Origin: a bacterium
GTDB taxonomy: Bacteria > UBA8248 > JACPRG01 > G963555815
NCBI GenBank assembly: GCA_965218795.1
Contig: OZ244653.1
Location: forward strand, 3,328,001 to 3,392,000
Direction of reading: 5' to 3'
Length of the DNA stretch: 64,000 bases
Shown here: piece by piece, positions 56,070-64,000 of the stretch
How positions within the stretch are numbered: position 1 is the stretch's first letter
Layout of the letters: the number at the start of each line of letters is the position of its first letter
Made by a program: the position numbers and the translations under genes
The notes under the pieces: generated by a model
Told to the model about the DNA's origin: nothing
The model's database searches: none
Seen by the model: the letters and a program-made list of their open reading frames with translations, nothing else

Positions 56070-56942
56070 TCAGCCGTTTCGCCGGACCGCCACCACCCGG
56101 TCCCTTCCCGCCAGATCCCGCGCCACTTCCGCAGGGCCGTACCGACCGGTCGCCCGGAGGCAATCCCGGACATCCCCCGCCTGGTCCATTCCGATCTCCA
56201 TCACCAGCCACCCGGACGGCCGAAGAACCCGGTGTGCGGCTTCGGCAATCGTGCGATAGGCCACAAGGCCGTCTTCACCTGCGATCAGAGATCGGGCCGG
56301 CTCGTAGGAAAGGGTTTGGCGGTCCAGCGTGTCCCAATCCCGCGCCCGAACGTAGGGGGGATTCGAGACCACCGCATCGAAAGATTCAACGGCTTGAAAC
56401 GGTTCGATCCAATCGGCCAGAACGAACGCCACGCGGCTCTCCAGGCCGAGCCGGGCCGCGTTCTCGCGCGCAATCCGAACCGTTTTTTCGCTGATGTCCG
56501 TGGCGACCACCGAGAGATCATCACGTTCCGTCGCGAGCGCCAAGGCAACATTCCCGCTTCCGGTCCCCAAATCGAGCAAACGGGATCCTCCGGCAGGCAC
56601 GCGGCGCAGGGTCTCACTCACAAGGGTTTCCGTTTCCGGGCGAGGGATCAGAACGGATCGGGTCACCCGCAAATCGAGGGACCAGAACTCGCGGCGGCCG
56701 AGGATGTAGGCAACCGGCTCGCGCCGTTCGCGCCTGTCGATGAAATGCCGATATCGAGTCACAACGGAGTCCGCAGGCGGCGCGGCCGGATCCTGAATGA
56801 TCGCTTCCCGGGATATCCCCGAGGCTTCCGCCAACATGAGCTCGGCATCCAGGCGCGGGGTGGAAGAACCGGCCGCACGGAGCCGGTCGGTCGCTTCTAG
56901 AAGCAGTTCTCGAAAGGAAAGCTTGGATGGACGTCGGCCCAA
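56070..56942 (-). CDS. prmC: release factor glutamine methyltransferase
   Basis: EPVAYILG, VLIPRPETE, DLGTGSG, SNPPY; TTG start inferred just after the prfA stop. Confidence 0.95.
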   Translation of the reverse strand: MGRRPSKLSFRELLLEATDRLRAAGSSTPRLDAELMLAEASGISREAIIQDPAAPPADSVVTRYRHFIDRRERREPVAYILGRREFWSLDLRVTRSVLIPRPETETLVSETLRRVPAGGSRLLDLGTGSGNVALALATERDDLSVVATDISEKTVRIARENAARLGLESRVAFVLADWIEPFQAVESFDAVVSNPPYVRARDWDTLDRQTLSYEPARSLIAGEDGLVAYRTIAEAAHRVLRPSGWLVMEIGMDQAGDVRDCLRATGRYGPAEVARDLAGRDRVVAVRRNG

Positions 56943-56947
56943 ACCAC

Positions 56948-58054
56948 TCAGAAGGGGCTCCCGGCGGTCACGGACCGCTCGAATTCCGCGAGCATCTCCT
57001 CCTCCCGCGCCGTCAGCAGGGGGGTAATCAGGTCTTCCAGATCCCCTTCCATCACGGTATCGAGGCGGTGGAGGGTCAGGTTGATACGGTGATCGGAGAT
57101 TCGGTTCTGGGGATAGTTGTACGTACGGATCCGTCCGCTCCGGTCTCCGGAGCCGACCTGAGACCTTCGGGCTTCGGACCGTTTGGCTTCGGCCTCGCTC
57201 ACGGCCGCATCGAGCAGACGGGCCCGCAGGACCCTGAGGGCCTTGGACTTGTTTTTGTGCTGTGACTTCTCGTCCTGACACGTGACCACCAATCCCGTTG
57301 GAATATGGTTGATTCGGACGGCTGAATCCGTCGTGTTGACGCTTTGCCCTCCCGGCCCGGAGGATCGATAAACATCGATCCGGAGGTCCGCCGGATCGAT
57401 CGCAATATCCACTTCCTCCGCTTCCGGAAGGACGGCCACCGTGACCGCCGAGGTATGAATGCGGCCGCCGGATTCCGTCTCGGGTATCCGCTGCACGCGG
57501 TGAATGCCGCTCTCATGCCGCAGAAAGCTGTATACCCGGTCCCCGCAAATCTCGGCGATGACCTCCTTATGGCCGCCCAGCTCCGTCGGGCTGGCTTCCA
57601 ATATTTCGACCTTCCAGTTTTTTCGTTCAGCAAACCGCAAATACATCCGGAACAGGTCCGCGGCGAACAGTCCGGCCTCCTCTCCTCCCGCTCCGGCCCG
57701 GATCTCGAGAATCACGTTCTTCTCGTTGTTCGGATCCTTCGGGATCATAAGCCGGCGCAGCCGTTGTTCCAATTCGGTCCGCTCGGTTTCCAGTCCGGCG
57801 ATTTCCTCCTTCGCCAGCTCCTTCATCTCGGTGTCCGATGATTCCCGCAGGATGTCCCGGCTTTCACCGATCTCACGGCGCGTCTTTTCATAACGCCGGA
57901 AGGCCTGAACAACCCCCTCCAGCTCAGCGCGCTCCTGGGCCGCCTTTCGGAAGGCCTCATGGTTCGCCAACAGCTCCGGCTCTCCCATTTGCCGGGTGAG
58001 AGAATCGAAATTTTCGCAGATGGCGGTCAGTTTTTCGAGGAGTTCTTCCTGCAC
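56948..58054 (-). CDS. prfA: peptide chain release factor 1
   Basis: EIRAGAGGEEA, PET (PxT) motif, GGQ, RTYNYPQ. Confidence 0.98.
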   Translation of the reverse strand: MQEELLEKLTAICENFDSLTRQMGEPELLANHEAFRKAAQERAELEGVVQAFRRYEKTRREIGESRDILRESSDTEMKELAKEEIAGLETERTELEQRLRRLMIPKDPNNEKNVILEIRAGAGGEEAGLFAADLFRMYLRFAERKNWKVEILEASPTELGGHKEVIAEICGDRVYSFLRHESGIHRVQRIPETESGGRIHTSAVTVAVLPEAEEVDIAIDPADLRIDVYRSSGPGGQSVNTTDSAVRINHIPTGLVVTCQDEKSQHKNKSKALRVLRARLLDAAVSEAEAKRSEARRSQVGSGDRSGRIRTYNYPQNRISDHRINLTLHRLDTVMEGDLEDLITPLLTAREEEMLAEFERSVTAGSPF

Positions 58055-58080
58055 GGCGGAATCCGCCTCCCGAAGAAAGG

Positions 58081-58293
58081 TCAGCCGGAGACCTTTTTCT
58101 TGCTGTGCCGGGCCCGGTACCGCTCCACGCGGCCGGCGCTATCGACAAGCTTTTGGCGGCCGGTAAAAAAGGGATGACAAGCCGAGCAGATTTCCACCGT
58201 ATAAGATGACCGGGTGGACCGCGTGTGGTATTCCGCGCCGCAGGCGCACTTGATGGTGCATTCTTGATACTCGGGATGAACTTCGGCTTTCAA
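58081..58293 (-). CDS. rpmE: 50S ribosomal protein L31 (zinc-binding form)
   Basis: HPEY..CACG..CSACHPFFTG..GRVE; TTG start with GGAGG. Confidence 0.97.
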   Translation of the reverse strand: MKAEVHPEYQECTIKCACGAEYHTRSTRSSYTVEICSACHPFFTGRQKLVDSAGRVERYRARHSKKKVSG

Positions 58294-58388
58294 CGTCTAT
58301 TCCTCCACAAGGGTGGGTGGACGGTCGACGTTTGATCGATGTCCGGCGGAATCTTCATCTATATGTCGCCTTGGGCGAGCTCTGCCCC

Positions 58389-58438
58389 AAAAAAAAATCG
58401 GCCGGATTCCCGGAGGCGAACCCCCGGTCTCCAACCGA
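58389..58438 (-). terminator. intrinsic terminator after rho
   Basis: Extended GC stem (TCGGTTGGA..CCGGGG/CTCCGG..TCCGGCCGA) followed by T9 on the minus strand. Confidence 0.7.
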
Positions 58439-58457
58439 AAACCGCGTTTGAAAACAG

Positions 58458-59885
<1,428 letters not shown>

Positions 59886-60124
59886 TGTAACTTCTATATC
59901 AATTACGGGTGGGCTTTTGGGGACATCCCCCAGAGGGAACCTCGATCAACATCGGACCTAATTCTTGAACCAAAAGGAAACGGTCAGGTATCCGCGCGGC
60001 TATCAATCGCTGGATGATTACTTGCTTGCGGTCAACCTTACCGAATGGATGGATTTCTATCGCTTGATGGTTCGGAAGTTGAGAATCGGAAACGGGTTAG
60101 AGGGCTTGCTAGAAATTCACTCAC

Positions 60125-60154
60125 AATATACGGAATCAACCTCTCGTTTGTCAA
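60125..60154 (-). promoter_or_regulatory. sigma70 promoter of rho
   Basis: TTGACA-18 bp-TATATT; -35 overlaps the coaE stop codon; about 230-nt leader. Confidence 0.6.
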
Positions 60155-60765
60155 TCCTTTTTTGTCGCGCCTCGTAAAATCAACAATTTCCAGATTTCTT
60201 CAACCTGCGGGGACGTGTTGTCCAGGGTCCCCCTGTTGTCGATGACAAAATCGGCACGAGCGAGCCTTTCCTCACGGGACAACTGAGAGTGGATTCGCGA
60301 GCGCGCGTCTTCGGCCGCTATACCCTTGGACGCAAGTCGGTGGATCTGGTCAGTCTCGTCCAGATCCACAACAACGATGAAGTCCATCCGGTCGGCAAAA
60401 CCCGCTTCGATCAGAACGGCCGCATCCAGGATGACAATCCCTTCCGGAGCCTGGGTTTCATACCCAGCCAAGAGTCTCTCTTCCTCTTCCCAAATCCGAG
60501 GATGAACGATCGAATTGAGCCGCGCAAGGGCTTCAGGATCTTTGAAAACGATGCCGGCCAGGGCGGCCCGATTGACCGTTCCATCCTCATGGAGGACATC
60601 GGCGCCGAAGGTCTCCGCAATTTCAGCAAGCGCCGGCCGGCCCGGCTCCACCGCTTCCCGACCGAGCTGGTCCGCATCGATGAGGTGGGCACCAAGCCTC
60701 TGGAACATCTGCGCCACGGTGCTTTTGCCGCTCCCAATACCGCCCGTCAGGCCGACCTTGAGCAT
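60151..60765 (-). CDS. coaE: dephospho-CoA kinase
   Basis: VGLTGGIGSGKST, IDAD, LNSIVHP, ADFVIDN. Confidence 0.96.
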   Translation of the reverse strand: MLKVGLTGGIGSGKSTVAQMFQRLGAHLIDADQLGREAVEPGRPALAEIAETFGADVLHEDGTVNRAALAGIVFKDPEALARLNSIVHPRIWEEEERLLAGYETQAPEGIVILDAAVLIEAGFADRMDFIVVVDLDETDQIHRLASKGIAAEDARSRIHSQLSREERLARADFVIDNRGTLDNTSPQVEEIWKLLILRGATKKD

Positions 60766-60828
60766 AGGCAGACCGCTCCTCTATTGAGCGATGTCATGGA
60801 TCAAAGGGGATAGCAGGGGATTTGCGCC

Positions 60829-61119
60829 TTACTTGAGGCCCCGGCGGATCAGCTCTTGTTCATAGTGCTTTCGGTAGAGCACTTCCCATTCCGGACTGCC
60901 CTCGGGGATGTTTCGGTTGTAAGATTGGATGGTCCGGGTCACGTCGTCGTCGATAGTCTCTTCCAGACGAAGTTCCTCCGTCATGACCCGGACAATGCGC
61001 AACCGCACGTCGTTAGCGGGCTTGAGCAACGCCACCCCTTCTTCCCCTTCCAGGTTCTCCATCAACAGCTTGGAAAGGTGATTGATCTTTTCCCGGCTCA
61101 GCCCGACGAACATCGGCAC
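60829..61119 (-). CDS. DUF507 family protein
   Basis: LSREKINHLS..E..ID..V..I.SY.R.I.EGS.EW..LY.K.Y; start uncertain. Confidence 0.75.
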   Translation of the reverse strand: MPMFVGLSREKINHLSKLLMENLEGEEGVALLKPANDVRLRIVRVMTEELRLEETIDDDVTRTIQSYNRNIPEGSPEWEVLYRKHYEQELIRRGLK

Positions 61120-61122
61120 CCT

Positions 61123-61410
61123 CTAGAGAATCAGGTTTCTCTCGCGAACGAGGCGGCGCTTGACCAAATCGAACATCCTGGAGTACTCGACGTTTCTCCG
61201 GTCCATCTCACCTTCAAATTGCGCGAGGATTTCCCGCACCTCGTCATTCAGCGTGTCTTCGATTCGCAGGTCGGAGGAGACCCATTCGGCCAGGCGGAAT
61301 CGCAGATCATCTTCCGTCATCTCGATCTCGACGTACCCGTACCGCACCAATTCACTGGCGATGGAACCCGAAAGCCTGTCGATGACTTCCTTTCGCAAAC
61401 GCATGATCAC
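61123..61410 (-). CDS. DUF507 family protein
   Basis: MRLRKE..EDTLNDEVREIL..MF..VKRRLVRERNLIL. Confidence 0.75.
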   Translation of the reverse strand: MIMRLRKEVIDRLSGSIASELVRYGYVEIEMTEDDLRFRLAEWVSSDLRIEDTLNDEVREILAQFEGEMDRRNVEYSRMFDLVKRRLVRERNLIL

Positions 61411-61640
61411 TTATCCCTCTTGCGTTTACACGATCCGTCGGCTTCTCCCGGGGTTTTCCATCCGGGACCAAGAAATTCGGGGCGTTTCCCTCACTCGATC
61501 AGGGACCCCAGCCGGAAATCCGACCGCTCCAGTAAACTCCAGTTAATATGGCACCCGCGATATCGGGTGTCCAGACTCATCCCGTCCCCATCGCTCTTTG
61601 ACGCAAGCGCAATGATCCATACGACCGCACCGCTCTGAGG

Positions 61641-62786
61641 CTAATCGTCCGGCGGGTCTTTAACGGAAGGCTCGAATTCATACGATGCCTGGGCTGCTCG
61701 AATCTCCTTGACAACCGCCCGCCGGAGCTCCGGCGGGGAGAGGACTTCGGCTCCCCCGCCAAGGCTCAGGATCCAATCCCGAACCGATCTCATGTCGGCC
61801 GCCTGGAAATGAATCACCACCCCCTTGTTTCCCGTTTCCGGGACACCGGCGCCACCGTTGGACGTCTCCAACTCGTCCGCCCGCGCCTCCTCGCTCCCAT
61901 CAATGGTCGCACCGGACAGCCAGCCGCGATCCACCGCCTCGCGAACTCGGGTGGCCGCCTCTCCGAGACACCGCACCACCACCGGCCTGCCGAGCGCCGC
62001 CTCGAAACCGAAATCAGCTTCCCGTCCCGTCAGAATCGACCGAAAATCAATATCCAGCGGAAGTTGAAAAACGTCCCGCGTCGGCCTGAGCTCGCGTATG
62101 GACTCCAACGGGAGAAGCTCCAGGCTTCCGGTTTCATGCAGATAACCCATCAGCATGGTTTGGCCCATCTGAAACCAGATCCCGTAGGGGTCAAACCGAC
62201 ACCAGACGGCACGCTGCCTTCCCCGCGGGCGGGCCAGGATCTCCACGCACCGACGATCATCCGCAGCCTTCCCCGCCCCCTCTAGAATCTGCTGATGCGC
62301 CGACAGAGATTTTACGGCGGGAAGATAGGGCCCGAAATGCTGGTCGATACGGTCCAGAAAGGCCCGAGTGGGCGCGGGAAGAAGCTTTTCCAGCGTGATC
62401 AGCAGGGACTGAAAGGTTTGCCGAAAGGGGGTTTCCCGGAAAGCGTCGAAGACCCTCCGGGCGTAATAGAGGGCCATCAGCTCAGAGAAGGGAAACGGGC
62501 CCGGAATGGTATTTCGAAAACCCTCGGGAAACCGCCAGCGCGCCCCTCCCTGATGATGCTTGATGATGGGAAACCCGGCCTCGATGAGGCTTTCCAAATC
62601 GCGGCGAAGCGTGCCCTGGCTCCACCGTCTCGGCAGACCTTCACCCGCTCCGGGCTCGCCGGCTGGGTCGCCTTGGTTCTCGGGGATTCGGATCAATTCG
62701 GCCAAATCGGCGAGCGTCAGCGCACCGCCGACTTCCAGATACCGGACAATTTCCCATTGCCGCTGAATCTGGTGCCGGCGAGACAC
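61641..62786 (-). CDS. HTH-WYL-WCX transcriptional regulator (PafB/PafC-like)
   Basis: LADLAE..TLRRDLESL.EAGFPI, FSELMAL, FDPYGIWF..GY, WILSLG..AEVLSPPELR. Confidence 0.88.
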   Translation of the reverse strand: MSRRHQIQRQWEIVRYLEVGGALTLADLAELIRIPENQGDPAGEPGAGEGLPRRWSQGTLRRDLESLIEAGFPIIKHHQGGARWRFPEGFRNTIPGPFPFSELMALYYARRVFDAFRETPFRQTFQSLLITLEKLLPAPTRAFLDRIDQHFGPYLPAVKSLSAHQQILEGAGKAADDRRCVEILARPRGRQRAVWCRFDPYGIWFQMGQTMLMGYLHETGSLELLPLESIRELRPTRDVFQLPLDIDFRSILTGREADFGFEAALGRPVVVRCLGEAATRVREAVDRGWLSGATIDGSEEARADELETSNGGAGVPETGNKGVVIHFQAADMRSVRDWILSLGGGAEVLSPPELRRAVVKEIRAAQASYEFEPSVKDPPDD

Positions 62787-62833
62787 GAAGATTCTCCCCT
62801 TGTCCGGCTACATGATCGGGTTACATGGCAGGG

Positions 62834-63733
62834 TTACGTCCGGTCCCGAAGAAGTTCCGCAACCTTCTCTTCCAGGGCGTCGACGAACGACATCGGCGCG
62901 CGCACGGTTCCCATCAAGGCAACCGGATCCTTCCGGCCGTGACAATCCGATCCCCCCGTGACCAGTAAACCCCGAGCTTCGGCCATCCTTCGATAAGCAG
63001 CCGCATCGCCTCTGCTGTGGCTGGAATGATAGGCTTCGATGCCGTGGAGGCCCTCTTCGATGAGCCGCGGAATCAGGTAATCGACGCCGCTCCGTCCCGG
63101 ATGGGCCAACACGGTGACCCCCCCGGCTGCTCGGATCAGCCTTAGCGCCTCGGCCGTGGTCAGGGCATCCACCGGCTCATAAGCCGGGCGGCCTCCTCCC
63201 AGGTAGTTCGAAAATACGATCTCTTTCGATGGGACCAGCCCGTCGTCCACCATGTACGTGGCCAAGTTCAGCCGGCCCGCAAGACCCTTCGGATAACGGG
63301 CGAAGTAACCTTCCGGCTTGGCCTCGACCCCAAGCCCTTGAAGTTTTTCGATCATTCGGATGACACGTTCCCGCCGTTTATTTTCCACCGTTGAAAGCAC
63401 TTCCGCAAACTCTTCATCCTCCACGTCGACAAAATAGCCCAGCAGATGAACATCGCCCTGTTCGGTCGTGGCGCTCAACTCGACTCCGGGCACGAATCGG
63501 ATCCCCAGGGCTTCCGCCTGTTCAGCGGCCGCGGGCACCGCCCCGACGGTATCGTGGTCAGTCACAGCGAGGTAGGACATGCCCAGTGCAGCGGCGCGCT
63601 GGATGACCCCTTCCGGCGGATCCACGCCGTCTGAATGGTTCGTATGCAGGTGCAGATCTCCGAAGGGTTCCCCGGGAACCGTCAGGACGTGCGTCGGCGG
63701 CCGGGAACCTTGTCTTCCTTTCGATTTGGGCAT
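62834..63733 (-). CDS. PHP-domain protein (YciV/TrpH/RNase AM-like)
   Basis: DLHLHTNHSDG, TDHDT, GVELS, HLLGY, AHP, TGGSDCHG. Confidence 0.92.
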   Translation of the reverse strand: MPKSKGRQGSRPPTHVLTVPGEPFGDLHLHTNHSDGVDPPEGVIQRAAALGMSYLAVTDHDTVGAVPAAAEQAEALGIRFVPGVELSATTEQGDVHLLGYFVDVEDEEFAEVLSTVENKRRERVIRMIEKLQGLGVEAKPEGYFARYPKGLAGRLNLATYMVDDGLVPSKEIVFSNYLGGGRPAYEPVDALTTAEALRLIRAAGGVTVLAHPGRSGVDYLIPRLIEEGLHGIEAYHSSHSRGDAAAYRRMAEARGLLVTGGSDCHGRKDPVALMGTVRAPMSFVDALEEKVAELLRDRT

Positions 63734-63857
63734 GATTCAACAAGCGGGCGCCGCGCCAGGAAACCGACGGGGAAACACCTATGGCATTTGTCCACCGAGA
63801 AAACGAGGCCCGCCCGGGAAGTTCGTTCCCTCGGGACGAGCCGCGCGAAGAAATCCA

Positions 63858-63932
63858 TGGAGCGGGCGATGGGAATCGAACCCACGACGTTCAGCTTGGG
63901 AAGCTGACATTCTACCTCTGAATTACGCCCGC
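63858..63932 (-). tRNA. tRNA-Gly (CCC)
   Basis: GCGGGCG..TCAGC TT CCC AA GCTGA..TTCGATT..CGCCCGCTCCA cloverleaf. Confidence 0.96.
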
Positions 63933-64000
63933 GCGCGCCGCTTCGAAAGGGAACCGAAGCGTCATGAAGAAATGTAGAACATCCCCGCCGCGGAGATCAA

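Noticed and set aside
63858-63932. tRNA-Gly as an island attachment site
   Set aside because: No integrase or duplicated 3' end in the window; the downstream genes lead into core genes.

Overview
GC-rich bacterial window. The gene order and content suggest a Nitrospinota/Tectomicrobia/Deltaproteobacteria-like lineage (inference only). It has two halves. (1) About 1-39 kb is an accessory catabolic region. It contains moaC, a damaged IS5, a DHPON-hydrolase-like alpha/beta hydrolase, an orphan solute-binding protein, and a nitrilase-fold + Rieske + AibH/PtmU3-like amidohydrolase-fold operon. It also has three tandem EamA transporters, enolase/M24/SDR/VOC/cupin/LLM/F420-type enzymes, an orphan Mo-hydroxylase large subunit, an ECF sigma with two anti-sigmas, an atypical two-gene Co nitrile/thiocyanate hydrolase cluster and amt. 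Interleaved with these genes are a nested modular family of palindromic repeats and many eroded gene fossils that the ORF track misses (SBP x2, tag, IS481, DUF4384, folB, a tmRNA-like 3' end). (2) About 39-64 kb is core genome on the minus strand, in coordinate order: rnpB, rnhA, zinc-ribbon protein, tRNA-Ile2, rpoD, dnaG, mutS2, the his operon (interrupted by a REP-flanked, frameshifted RAYT), murA, prmC, prfA, rpmE, rho, coaE, DUF507 x2, WYL, PHP, tRNA-Gly. No CRISPR array, rRNA or prophage was seen. All family calls are from motif recognition by eye; no searches were run.
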